Shown here one piece after another: positions 13,531 through 25,657 of a stretch of DNA of 64,000 nt (the stretch's first letter is position 1; every line of letters begins with the position of its first letter). The stretch spans positions 144,956,001-145,020,000 of the forward strand of contig NC_082715.1 in NCBI RefSeq assembly GCF_030144855.1. Reading direction: 5' to 3'. Made by a program: the position numbers and the translations under genes. The stretch is from Hypanus sabinus. Taxonomy: Eukaryota. Under the pieces are notes generated by a model that was not told the DNA's origin, made no database searches, and saw only the letters and a list, made by a program, of their open reading frames with translations.

Positions 13531-15389
13531 TGTTTCTAAAGCACTCAGCAACATCTGGCCTACTATCTTCCCTAAAGAAGACCTGCAATTCACATTTCAG
13601 TTCAGACACCCCGTTGAGAACTGTTTCTCTGTTAAGACACTGGTTTTCTGTATGTAGCAGGAGACTGGCGTGCTCTTTGTCCATGCTTTCACAGAGCTTT
13701 ATAAACATTCTCGAGTGAACTGGTCTTTATTTAGTAAAGTTAATCACTTTTATAGCGTCATCCAGAACATTTCCCATTTTATCGTCAAGAGTTTTTGAAA
13801 TCACACCTCTCTGTGAAGAAAGCAGCATGTTGTGACAACGTCAGGATTTTCTTCATTTGAGCAAGAGAAACAAAACGTCTCGTGGAGCCAGCCATTGGTG
13901 TGACACCACCAGTACGGATACTCACACAGCCCCTCCAAGTCAGAGCTTTTGTCTCCAGATATGAAGACAAAACGTTAAATTAATGTTGGCCTTTGCTTGT
14001 TTCGGGTAGTTCTTTGCAACAGAGAAGGTTATCTGAAATTTCACCAAAAATTAACAAATCTTACAAATGCTGCAGCGTGACATTTATTAGTGAAGCCTGT
14101 TTCTTACTCATCCTGGATATAGAATGTTAGAACAATTTTTTGAGTCTAGCATATTTACTTTTAGCAAATGAGTTTGGCTATCAGTCTTCATATTTGAATA
14201 TGTTTTGTGAAATTAATTTGGAGTGCAGCTCTGAACAATGGGTTCCTAAAAGCCGTGAATCTCAGACCAGGCAATCCAGATTAAAATTCCTTTGGAAGTC
14301 TGTGTTGTGGAGGTGAATCTGGGGGTGTGAACTTGGTATGTAGTTTCAAAGAAGGCAATTTCTATACTTAATAAGTATGGAATTTCCTTTGATGTTTGGC
14401 ACATAAAATGCCGAACCCTATGATGGGCCAGCGAGATCAACCCTATGATAAGGCCAGCGAGATCTTTCGACAAAAAGAGTCTCCATATGATGCTTGCTGT
14501 ACCTGGTTTCATGGAATAAAGAAACTGCTTTCTATCTAACACTACTTTTCTTCAGTGATTTCATTCACACAACAACAGAGAGTTTGTTGTTTTCCAGTTT
14601 ATCACACAAAACACTTTCAGCATCATGTGACGTGTGATCAATACATCGACTTATCGCATTGTTTGAACGTGAATTATTTTCAATTTGTCGCATTATATTA
14701 TGCCCTAGCATTTTACCCATTATAATTTCAAATGCTGGCATTATTAGGTTCTAACTAACTATGTGACTTTTCCTTTTCTTGGTCAGAAGTTCTGCTACTA
14801 AATAGCTTGCCTCCCGAACACTCGTACCAAATGTGCCTTTGTTGTCAAAAGCTTTACTCTGATCGTTTTAAGATTCAAATAGCTGTTTAAAATTATCAGC
14901 ACTCTTACGTATCACATGGCAATGATTTGCTGCTAAGTGTCCTTTCTAGTTTTCCGGAGACATTGCTACATTTCTACGTTGTCTGCCACAGACTGGACAC
15001 AATGGAATAGGACAACTTGGATCACCAGTCCATATAAAACCAATTGATAAGTAGCTTTCATTGTAAAGACGGACTTGTTTGCGTCTGTTATTGCACGTGT
15101 GGGGAAATGACGTAGAGGATTATAATTCTTCATCATTTACTTTATCAGCATTGGCCATAGCCACAGGCCTAGAATCCTCCTCGTCCATCTCACAACCCCT
15201 CTTCCAAAATCGCCACACTGGACCGTCAGACATGTCCGTAAACCACAGGAGCCAATAAAAGGGGACGTTGAGAAGCAAGTAAGGGCAGGTTGTGGGGTTG
15301 GGGTTGGTAATTCCGATGGGAGAGAGTGACATCACAGCCTAAGTTGTGCGAGTCCATTCAACGCACATGAAACGCACTTCATGCTCCTC

Positions 15390-15632
15390 ATCAGCCTACA
15401 GCCCTTCCCTCCGTACAATACTGAGATAATCAATTATCAGCCTACTGTCCTCCCCTCCGTACATACAGGGCTCATATATTTCAACCTGCCGACCTCCACT
15501 CCGTGCCATACAGCGCTAACCAATCATCAGCCTACAGTCCTCCACTCCGTGCCGTACAGCGGTAGCCAATCATCAGCCTACCGTCCTCCCCTCCCTGAAA
15601 TACAGCGCTAACCAATTATCAACGGCCTCCCC
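15390..15632 (+). repeat. ~46-bp minisatellite, 5 units plus a partial, in the hAT 5' subterminal region
   Basis: atcagcctac-type starts at 15390, 15436, ~15480, 15526, 15572, 15618; several units carry CCAAT. Confidence 0.85.
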
Positions 15633-16849
15633 TATCTCACATCGAAAACTGAGAAATAACTTGACCAGATAGCATGGTCATACTGCGCACAGCTAAACTG
15701 TACTGAGAGTTTTCTAATGAGATTGATAACGGGGCTGGTCGGTCACAGCCCACCGCAAGCGCTGTAAGTGTGCGAAGTTCGAAAAACGATCTTTATTTTT
15801 ATTAATCACGATTTCCCGCGGAACCCTAGGGTTTCATTGAACCTCAGAGGAGAAATTCTACTTTCGTGTGCCCATCCTGCCGCTGGGATCTCATTCACAG
15901 CTGGATGATAATCGACTACGCTATGATGCACGGGATAAGTTTCGGCCTTGAAGCAGGGGCCTTGCCTGCATTATAGACCAGAATCTGTACTTCTGAAAAT
16001 CCGCTAAAATCACACCTACCTAATCTACATTGTCTATCCAAAGAGTTCCACCTTCTGAAAAAATAATCTCCAAATGGTTTGTCAAACACATTCACAACCT
16101 TTACAATAGACATCCGTACTTCCGATGTTAACCTGACTCGTCTCTACTTCCTCTCTCCCATTTTACATGATCCTGTTATATTTGACAAACTTCAGTGTCC
16201 TCAGAGGCTATAAAAATCTGTAACTCTATAATCAATGCAATCAATATGTCCATATTTTCTTGCTTCAGTATTATGGGATTCATGTTTTGTGTTATATGTT
16301 TGTCGGGGGGGGGGGCGGTGTTGAGGCCTGGAACATCACATATGTCATTAACTGCAGGGTGATTATTACTAATTTTTTTTTTATTTTTTGCTTCTAATTG
16401 TTTAGTGGTTCCATGCATTACTGGGAGGTTTTTTTGTGATATTTACAGTTGAGATCGTACAGAGGGTTCTTTCTTCTTCTTTATGTATCTGTTGGGTACT
16501 CATTGCGAGGGACTCCATTTCATATATCTGCATTCCTATATTTTATATGCTTGCAGATGTATTTCAAATCTTCTTATGCCATTGCAAGTTTGCTTTTATA
16601 GGCAAAGTTTTCTCTTGATATATCATTTGAGTTTTGTTGTTGTTGTTATTGCTCTTGAACTCTAAACTGCTCCACGTCCTTTGGTCTGATAATGATTCTT
16701 ATTCCTTGCAAAGTTATATCACTGTTTTATCGATCGAATATTAGTCATTACATCTTCCGCTGGACGTTATTGGATCTTCTATTTCCTTTTGTACGCTCTA
16801 CCTATAAATAGAAATATATAACAGAATTTTCAAGTGTTACGTACTACTG

Positions 16850-18720
16850 AATAACATACTCTGGGAATTGATTTTATTAAGAAAGCGGGTTTGAGTTTCG
16901 ATCCGATTAATATGCAGTTTAATGTTAATACAGAGCAGGTCCCTATTGACGCTACAGTCGGATGAAATGAGGACGGTATATGCACTGCTGGGGTATTGTA
17001 GGTGAGGCAGAAGATATGATTGAGGACTGAAAGGCCAGACAAATCATTTTAGATTGCCAGGCGTCCTGATCTGTAACCCCAGACGCAATGTGGATTTCCA
17101 AGACAAGCAGAGGTAGGTGCAGAGAAAGTTATCCAGACCTTGTTAACACGGGGAGTTCTGCAAGAAATAAAATATACAAGTATTTCGCCATTGACCAGTT
17201 CAAAAATCCGATGAAAGTTGACTTGCCATAGATTACCGGGAATTGAATAAGTTACTCATTTAACGCTTCTACTGTAGCATAAGTTCTGAGACTATGATTA
17301 AGTAAAATTCTTTAGCACTACTTGATGTAACTAATGGAATATGGTCTGCCCCATTGAAAAAAGAGTGTCAATATAAAGTTGCTTTCACTTGGAAAACACA
17401 ACGGTATACGTGGTCAGTTTTTCATAGATAGTTGTAAAGTGTGCTGAAAGCCTTCTCACCTCCACAGTTTCATTCAATATGGAGGTGATCGACTGTTACA
17501 GCCAAAGTCCTGAAAAGAACATTATAAGTTATGTAAAGAACTACTGCAAATGTTACAGGAGATGTCTTTGAAGGGTAATCCTAAAAATGTTCAATTCATG
17601 GAGGCAATTTAGTTACTTAGGACTGGTGATAGTCCACGGGAGGAGAGGGACAGATAAACATCTTGTGGATGTAGTGGCTAAACTACCTCTGCCCATTAAT
17701 GTGAGGAAATCAAGGTCGTTTCTCCCTCTAATAGGGTTTTGTAGGATCAGACAGATGGGTTTTCCATCAAAGCCGACACACTTATGGAGCTCCTGAAGAA
17801 CACTGTTCATGGGAATGAAAACTGGAACACAAATAAGGCAATTTTAGATCTCAACAATGGCCTTGCAGAACCACCATCTGTTAAGACCCCAAAGAGTTCC
17901 GAGCCATGCCCTTTGGAGGTCGCTGCCACCAGTAACATGATATCAGTAGTGTTACTCTAGGAGACACATGGTCGACTGGAGCCGTTGCCGTATGCGTCTC
18001 GAAAGCTTACTCCAGTAAACCAAGGATATACAACACGTGAGTGTCATCTATTAGCAGTGTTTAGGGCAGTTGAGTATTTCACATATCATGGTTACTAATC
18101 CACTAATCATTTTAATTTAGCTTCGGCTGGATGGTCGTTAAAGATTGGAACATTCAGTCAAATTGATTAGACCAATGGACATTGCTATTAGAGGGTTGTA
18201 ATGTCACAGCTAAAACTGGTAACACTACAATCATGTTCGCTAGCAATTTAACTTATCTGCATGAACCACATGAATGTCAGGTGACAGCAGTCCAAGTACG
18301 GAATGGACCATTCATTCCCATCAAAAATCAGGAGAGGAAAATAAAGTCATGTGACTGGAAAGTTAAAGATCCTTAAGGATGTTTATTGATGCATCGTCAT
18401 GAGTTCAGGATGGAGAGAGACTTACAAAATACGTTATATATGTAGAGGACGAGGAAATATTGGAGATGGAGTTACCTAAACCAATGAGTGCACAAGCGGC
18501 AGAGCTTGCTGCAGTAGTTTTTGCCGTCAGCCATCCAGGGAGAGATTTCCTTCAGGAGTAATCATATACTCAGATAGTTTGTACGTTTGTAATAGACTGA
18601 CTGAATACTTACCGTCATGGGAAGCTAAGGGATATGCAGATGTGCAGATAAAACTATGGAACAGTGGTCGAATTGGTGTTGCTGGCAAAAATACGAGGTG
18701 ATGTTGTAGAACATTATTGT
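16850..18720 (+). mobile_element. Decayed retrovirus-like pol fragment (protease end, RT, two RNase H domains)
   Basis: LGIDFIKKAGLSFDP; PLEVAAT..YASRKLTPVNQGYTTRECHLLAVFRAVEYFTY; MFIDASS (18379); SAQAAELAA (18487); YSDS (18567). Confidence 0.85.
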
Positions 18721-21649
18721 AAGAACTGTTAATTTGTACCCTGTATAACCCAAATAAATTGCTAGAAAAGTGGTTCTGACCTGACTCCACAGCCTGCTAA
18801 CTCACTTTCAAGAACTCTACAACTCATGCTCTTCATATATATGACTTATTTATATATTATTATTAGTTTTATTTCTTCTATGATTTCACAAATTGTTGTC
18901 TTTGGCATATTGGTTGTGTATCCATCTTTCGCTGTACAGTTCTTCATTGATTTTATTGTGATTCTATCTACTTACTGTGAATGCCTGCAAAAAATTGAAT
19001 GCCAGGGAAGTGTATTGTGGCATATATGTATCTGGGTAATAAAATTTGCTTTGTAATTTGGCCTTAGAAAACCGAACGAATGTCTATGTTACAAGATATC
19101 GTGGGATGACATTTTATAAATGGTTTTGATTCTTCGAGCCCTGTGTGTCTTTGATTTAAGGCAACTAAATAAACTGGATTTGGTAGTTTATTATCTTCAG
19201 ATTCGCTTCATGTTTACTTCCACTTTAAAATACACTGTGCACATGTTGTTATCCAAAAATAGCACAGCACAAGGTTTTTGCGAAGACTGGTCATTACAAA
19301 TTAGATTGTTCCCTGTCCAAGCTATCTAACGCAAATCAAATGCCTGATAACTTGAGAAATGTGTGAGGTCAGTTTATTTTGAATAAATGTGTTTATGACA
19401 ATGAAAGTTTTGTTCTGAAGCAGAATCTCGATCCAAAAGGCGATCACCCAGTTGCCTTCTCAGATGTTGCCTGTTCAGACAGTTTTTCGAAAATATTTCC
19501 TCTGTAGTGCCAGACGGCCCCAAGACCGGATTCTCTGTGCATCAGCGCAGCGTCTAACAACGCAACAGGATGAGGTGGGTAAAGTAAACTCCATTCACAA
19601 ACAACCTTTCAATTAATCCTGTAACCAAATCATCGGATAAGATAAAATAAAAATCTGTAAGTCACTGAAAAAATAACCTCTGCTCCAAAGCGTTGTAAAT
19701 TGACAGGCTTTGATTTCGCAACTTCGCGACCATGCTCAAAAGAATTACCCAAAGTTAGTTATGTTTCTACATTTCCTCCTTTTCAGATACTTGAGGATCG
19801 ATTCCAGTAATCCATTAGCCACCGAAATTAAGCATTATCTCAAGTTCTTTGGGCTGCCAATGAGCTAGAACTTTCTAAATGCAATGATGGGACTTATCGC
19901 TAACATGCGCTATTTAAAAGTGTGATCACAAAACAGGCCACGAAAAAAAACACCTGTGGGAGCAATGTTCCATCTAATTTGTAATGAACAGTGCGCAAAA
20001 ATCTTGCGCTGTACCATTTTTTGCCAACAACATGTACACAGTGTATTTTAAAGTGTAAGTAAACCTGAAGCGAGTCTAAAGATGATAAACAACTAATTCC
20101 AGTTGATTAAAAGAAAAGAAGTAAATGTGAATATAAACTTTGAACTCCTCTGGTCTTGACCGTTTTCGTTCTCGTTCATCTGCACTCGCACAAAGCATAC
20201 GTACCAGCCCTGCAGCGGGTAATGAAAGAGTTTTTACGTACCGTCCATATGTGACTTGTACGCCAAATCACAATTTAAAAAGTCAAGTTTCCAAATATAA
20301 CTCCACATCTCCGACTTGCAAACAATCCAGCAATTTTTTCATCGGGACAATACCCTCGTGAGCTTTTAGTGTAGCAGTATCTAATGTCTCGTTAAGCCAA
20401 TCCGCTTTAAATAAATTAGCCATTCTTTTGCGGACACATCAATGTAAATTCCACAGTATGAACACCGTCCGCATCAGAAAGGAAAAAAAGGAAATATAGG
20501 TTGTGTACTTTGCATGCCAACGAGGTGGTGGTGGGGGGGGGGGCGGGTAGCAATATTTTGTGCGCAGTTTAAATTCCTTTGTGCGCTCCTCGCAAAAGAT
20601 GTGTGCGCGCACACACGCGCACACCTTAGAGGGAGCATTGTGGAGCAGTTTTTCATGATACACCGTGTCATTTCACTTAATCCGACGCAACCCTGTCTTC
20701 GGTCATGACCAGGATTTGTGATATGCACCAGCTGTTCATAAATCCATCTACTATCTTCTTGCATGGCTTTACGTGATCCTGATCGGGAGGTGGCCTAAGC
20801 AGTTGCGACTCCTTACCCAAAGGTGATCTGCAAGTAGAAGAGGAAGGGAGTGGCTTACAACTCTTTTGGTTGATATGTACCTGCACCCCGTAACCAAACT
20901 CTGTGTTAGTGATGCCAATTCTGATACAACAATTTCCATCGCTTTCATTTAGACACCTTGTATTGACACTTTCTGAACATTCACTACATTCGTAGCAGGG
21001 ACAGAAATGCCTGTCTCCCCACTCTCAACTCTTCAGTCTTGATCTTCGTCACTCTTGCTCCCTCACCCGTTTACACTCCCCCTTTGGTGTCACCCTTAAA
21101 ATGGTTTTCACATGGTTCAATCTGAGGATGTATTCAGCATATAACCTGAAATTCTTAGTTTCACAGAAATGTCCACACAGCAAGAAACCGGAAAGTATGA
21201 ATGATAGTGACATCATAACACTAAAGTCTCCCCCCCATCTCCTCCACACACAAGCAGCAGCGAAAGCACCGACTACACCCCCGCCCGAACGCCCTCACAC
21301 TACAGTCAATAGTAATTGCCCCCAACGACAACTTTGAACTAGAGTTCAGCAGTTGGTGCATTCTTTTCAAGGAACTACAAATCTCAAGATTATCTAAAAG
21401 AGAAACCTTGAGTTAAGTTCTTAAATTGCAATGAAACGGAAATCTAACATAATTGTTTTCAAAGTAATACCATGCCACCGCATTGCAGGTAGTGCACGTG
21501 AGCTTTTCTTTTTTAAATATTCAATATTTGTTTCCATGAAATAATTTATTCGGTTTACAATATGTTTATCTGCCTAGCTCTGGGCAGAGCATGAGACATT
21601 CTCCTGGGCAATTATCGCCCTCCATCTACTCCTGTCTGAAGTAATATTT

Positions 21650-21934
21650 GGACTTGCATAGGTCACATCTATTGCGATTCTATTGTTCCTTCCCGTTTTA
21701 CCGCACGGTTTACTCTGATGCTTTTGAATATTTGCCTGCCCCGAAGTGCTCGTACGATGTAAATATAAGGAAACTTCAGACCAACAGTTTCGTGTTCTGC
21801 AGTCACGTGGGTAGACGTTTGTATGAATAATTAATATGCAGTGACGTAACGATACTTAGGACTACTTAAAGGAGGGTTCAGACGGAACTCAGAATCGAAC
21901 TTGTGTCGGAAAACAACTCTTCGACTCCTTCACC
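21650..21934 (+). promoter_or_regulatory. IgL promoter region, cluster A
   Basis: Directly upstream of leader ATG; 7/8 octamer variants ATTTGCCT 21730 and ATGTAAAT 21756; E-box CACGTG 21804; CRE-like TGACGTAA 21842; TTAAA 21866; most motifs retained in cluster B. Confidence 0.55.
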
Positions 21935-21983
21935 ATGGCTGAATGGATTCGGTGTCTTGTCGTACTGGTGTTCTGCTGCCAAA
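21935..21983 (+). CDS. IgL: IgL cluster A exon 1: leader (MAEWIRCLVVLVFCCQ + A)
   Basis: Kozak-like caccATGG; hydrophobic signal peptide; phase-1 donor A|GTAAGT; 87-nt intron to ttttcccAG at 22070. Confidence 0.95.
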
Positions 21984-22070
21984 GTAAGTACAATGCATAA
22001 TCTATAATATCGCTGTATTTCACTTTTTGTGGATGTTTGACAATTCTAACATTAATTTACATTTTCCCAG

Positions 22071-22412
22071 ACACATTCGCGGATTTTGTTTTGACTCAGT
22101 CCCCGTCTCTCTCAACTTCTGCTGGGAGAACTGTAAAGGTCACTTGTACCATGTCAGGAGGCAACATCGGTAGCTACTACGCGAGCTGGTACTGGCAGAA
22201 ACCCGGCAGCGCCCCTGTGTATGTGTGGGATGAAAGCAACGGCAGAGCTTCCGGTATTCCAGATCGATTCGCCGGTTCCGTAAAATCATCTAACAACCAG
22301 ATGGACTTAACCATCGCAAACGTGCAATCGGAGGATGCCGCCGACTATTATTGCGCTGTTGAGAAAAGTGGTGTCGTCACCTTCGGAAAAGGAACCAAAC
22401 TGAATTTGGACA
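22071..22412 (+). CDS. IgL: IgL cluster A exon 2: germline-joined VJ, type II (lambda-like)
   Basis: (N)[67 protein letters not shown]; open frame, both Cys and Trp present; donor A|GTAAGT; no heptamer or nonamer between V and J. Confidence 0.97.
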
Positions 22413-25090
22413 GTAAGTGTTTTTTTTTCTTTTACTCCCATTTTATTTTACTTCCCTTTCGAAATGCTACTTAAGTTGACTCTTAATGGAATATTAGCCA
22501 CTAAAAATATTTCAGAAATCACTTTGATCAGTATAATGCATCAGTTTAAGTCGGGAAAACAGTGTTCTTAAAATATCTTAATTTAGCTGTACATCAATGT
22601 CGAATACGCTGTTAAGTACAATAAGTCGAAATGCCGCCGGCTATTATTGATGGTGTCGAATCATAACGAGGGCGTACAAGCCATTCATTTCCATGTTACA
22701 ACAACGTGGCTGCAACTTCGATAGCAAACTGGAAAAGGCAGGAAAGTAAGTCCCAAAGGTGTTGATCCGATTTCCCAGCGAATGGTGTGAGGCTGAAACG
22801 GAGCTACGCAAGTTATTGAGCAGCGACCGGAAAACACTTCTTTTTTCCTCCGCAATATCGACTCACGACTTTTCAAATGTTTGTGTAACCTTCTCCTTTC
22901 TGTGCCAGGAACCTGAAATCTTCTAAACTTTGTTTTCCATTTCCCAACTCCGTCTCGTCATGTTCCCCTGTTCCCATGCTGTGTTTGTTGACTTATATTT
23001 TCTTCCAGTTAGGGAATTACGTACTGAGAAAAATGTCCCCCTTGTCCTGATACCATAATCGTGCTTCGGCCAATTTCATTTCTGTAATATTCAACCTTGC
23101 GATCTAATTTTCGCCACTTAATCATGTTAGCAGCGTTTTCATGTGTAGATGTTCCAAGCTCTGAAATGCCATCCCTAAATCACTCTATGTCGCAATCGTT
23201 CTTCCTTCGTTTTTAAAGACTTTTAAAATGTATGACTTTGTCCAAATATCGCTCCTCTGGTTTCGAGAGTTTATGGGCTCAAATATGGTCTTATTGTGTT
23301 ACTATGACACGATTTGGTTTCGTTGAAAGAAAGGATTTTTGTATTATTTGTGAGGCGGTTAGGGAAATTAACGATAGACAAAGTCAGAGAGTGGATGTTT
23401 CAGAAAACTTGGACATCAGATCGACTCCGTTCTGAACTGTTAAATCTTAAGACCTCCGAGACTCGGGTTGTCATTGAGTGCTTTCCAGACTGTCTGATCG
23501 GCACAAACTAAAGCACCAACATGAAAAGCTTAATTTTTAACCATGTATTCTCCGTGAGATTGTAGAATATTAACCACTTCGTGGACAGTGTGGCAAATTG
23601 CTTCAGCTCAGGTCATCTCTGAAATCGCACTTAAAGGCTTAATTCCACGGCTACGTAACTTCCCTTTGCTAGGCGCAGATCTGAATATGATTTGTGTCGG
23701 AATACCCTGTCAGAGTTTCTGTGTGTTAAACGGTTTTTACCAGTTTTTCTGTGACTTGCGTTCACCAAAAGTGTTATATCAAAGAATGTGCCTAGAATCC
23801 CTCACGATATTAAATACTATTCCGATTCACATACTCGCCGTCAGTCTTCTCTGTGATATGTGGAGGTCGGGGATTCATGTGTGTTGCTGGAGGGAAGAGG
23901 AAAGAAGAGATTAGAACGAGATAACTTCAGGAGCTTTACTCAGAACACTTCCTTGACATCGTTGCGAGTTTCAATGAAGACAAAGAGCAAGCCTGCATTG
24001 ATGGCGCACTTTCCCAAAGCACGAGAGTGAATTCAGCATCGCAAACTGGGCTGAGCTACAGACAATTGCCCCAGAGGTAGCAATGTGAAAACGAGAAGAT
24101 TATTTGTTTCGTCTCTTTTGTATAATGGACAACTAACGGCCAAAAAACTCCAGGTTTGAAAACTGATTATTTCCAGGAAGTTAAATATAGCATTGTCTGA
24201 TTTGTTTAGAAGAAAATTTCAGTTTTAAGAAAACGATTGTTTTTATTCAAGTAGTGTCTGACTTTCCGAGTCTGGTTCCGTCCGCCGAAGCAGATACCCA
24301 ATGTGAAGGGACTGTTGTAACTTTCTTTGGGGGGGGGGAGTGGAATTGGCTCGATGCGCTCTTCATTGGTGCCTTGGTTCAAATAGTTCTGTCAGTGACT
24401 GTCCAGAGATTTCGTATTTGCAGCTGTCATCAACATCAGCGCCTAATGGGAGGCAGAAGCAAATTAATGATAGATTCAGCAACTTGAATTGATCCGAATG
24501 TTTTAGGTTAAATATTACAATGTACAGTTTTTCCGTTCGGCACGGTTAGGAGTTAAGGAGTTAAGAGTTAGGAGTTAATTCAATTAATTATGGATGGTTA
24601 ATTATATATATTAGTTAAACCTAGTCTACATACATGTCGAAATGTGAATGCGACAAAGAAGATGCAATCTTAATACACACAGTAAGTCCCTTATTCATTC
24701 TCCATTGCTCGCCGAACTTCCCCCTATCAATATTTATTCCGAACTCCATTCGAAACTTGCGCAAAGTAAAGAATATTCATAAAATTGAAAACTCTACGGC
24801 CTCTGTGATTAACGTTATTGTTAATTTTGAAATTTTGAAATTGCTAATTTTGAAATTCAAAATATCAGATTAGTCCACGCTGTTTTCTTTCAAAAAGACA
24901 GATCTGTTTTTGCTTTTTGCACTTTTTATATTTTGGAAATACCCCAAGTTATTGCATTTACAGTCACCACAGCTTCTACCGCTATTCAAATTCAATAAAT
25001 GCGGTTCCGATGGATAATTGTTTTCATACTGATATGGCGGTGGCGGTCGTACAATCAATAAAGAAAAAGCTTTTAGCAAAATTAAATTCA

Positions 25091-25192
25091 CCGGAGGAAC
25101 TCAGCCAGTCTGGCAGCATGTGTCGAGGCAAAGGGGTCGTAATGCACGACTGTCTCTTTGCTCCGACAAATGCTGCCCGACCGCTGAATTTC
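25091..25192. mobile_element. Old fold-back (inverted-repeat) remnant of the Penelope-like terminus, in both units (52835-52917)
   Basis: ggaggaactcagc.agtctggcagcat..gcaaag.. pairs with ..ctttgc.ccgacaaatgctgcccgaccgctgaatttc around loop aatgc (25141-25145). Confidence 0.75.
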
Positions 25193-25292
25193 AAACGGTT
25201 GCTAGTTCTTTTGCTCCAGATCACAGCATGTGCAATCTCTCGTAGCTCCGAGGAAAGGCATTAATTTACAGCTATTCATGTTTTTATTTCAG

Positions 25293-25615
25293 ATCCACAA
25301 CCCCCCGTGGTGTCTGTCCTCGGACCTTCAACGGACGAAATCAGGGGTAAGGGCACTGCCACTCTGGTGTGTTTGGTGAGAGGGTTTAATCCGGGCGCCG
25401 TGAATATCGAGTGGACTATGGATGGTAATGCGAGAAAGAATGGCGTTGAAACCAGCCGGATCCAGCAGGACGCGGACAACACGTTCAGTACGAGCAGTTA
25501 CCTGACTCTGCCAGCCTCCGACTGGAACTCACATGAGCTTTACTCCTGCGTGGTTAAACACGAGACTCGGACAACCCCACTTAAAGCAAATGTCTTGAGA
25601 TCCAGCTGTATCTGA
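25293..25615 (+). CDS. IgL: IgL cluster A exon 3: constant domain
   Basis: tttttatttcAG acceptor; PQPPVVSVLGPS..ATLVCLV..IEW..YLTL..DWNSHELYSCVVKHE..RSSCI*; spliced CDS 714 nt = 237 aa; penultimate Cys. Confidence 0.97.
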
Positions 25616-25651
25616 TTCAAGCAATCTATGTACTGATTCCTTACATTTGAA

Positions 25652-25657
25652 AATAAA
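25652..25657 (+). terminator. Polyadenylation signal of cluster A
   Basis: AATAAA 36 nt after stop. Confidence 0.8.

Larger units (their letters stand above)
13080..15860 (-). mobile_element. Decayed hAT (Buster/Charlie-type) DNA transposon
   Basis: Minus-strand remnants EASYLVAELLTKKRKSH; FTNKCHAAAFVRFVN..CCKELPETSKG; MFIKLCESMDKEHASLLLHTE; WLQKVTHLAEILHHMNQLTKSLQG; terminal-like gaaccctagggtttc..gagaaa near 15820-15860. Confidence 0.85.
1425..25615 (+). repeat. Segmental duplication unit A (IgL cluster plus ~20 kb upstream flank)
   Basis: Colinear with 27626-53375 from tttcaga.ttcttaa (1426 vs 27626) to the C stop codon; same TE insertions in the same order. Confidence 0.97.

Noticed and set aside
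15390-15632. 46-bp array as CRISPR-like or as an LTR enhancer of the retroviral fragment
   Set aside because: No unique spacers; it lies between the hAT ORF start and the hAT terminal-like sequence, so subterminal repeats are the simpler reading.
22037-22070. ORF-track N-terminus [11 protein letters not shown] on the VJ ORF (and MIILKLIYIFP at 49309)
   Set aside because: Intron sequence read in frame from a TTG start; the real start is the leader exon at 21935 (49207).
22351-22390. VJ join as a somatic rearrangement from lymphocyte DNA
   Set aside because: Both tandem clusters are joined with the same CDR3 length and colinear flanks, and this light-chain class is known to be germline-joined.
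24545-24580. ttaggagttaaggagttaagagttaggagtt as interstitial telomere
   Set aside because: Unit is ~7-8 bp and not TTAGGG; a local slippage expansion found in unit A only.
24677-24710. Conserved cacagtaagt in the J-C intron as an RSS or extra exon donor
   Set aside because: No nonamer, and no upstream acceptor or Ig-like frame found.
25276-25482. Antisense ORF conserved in both units (also 53042-53242)
   Set aside because: Shadow of the C exon reading frame.
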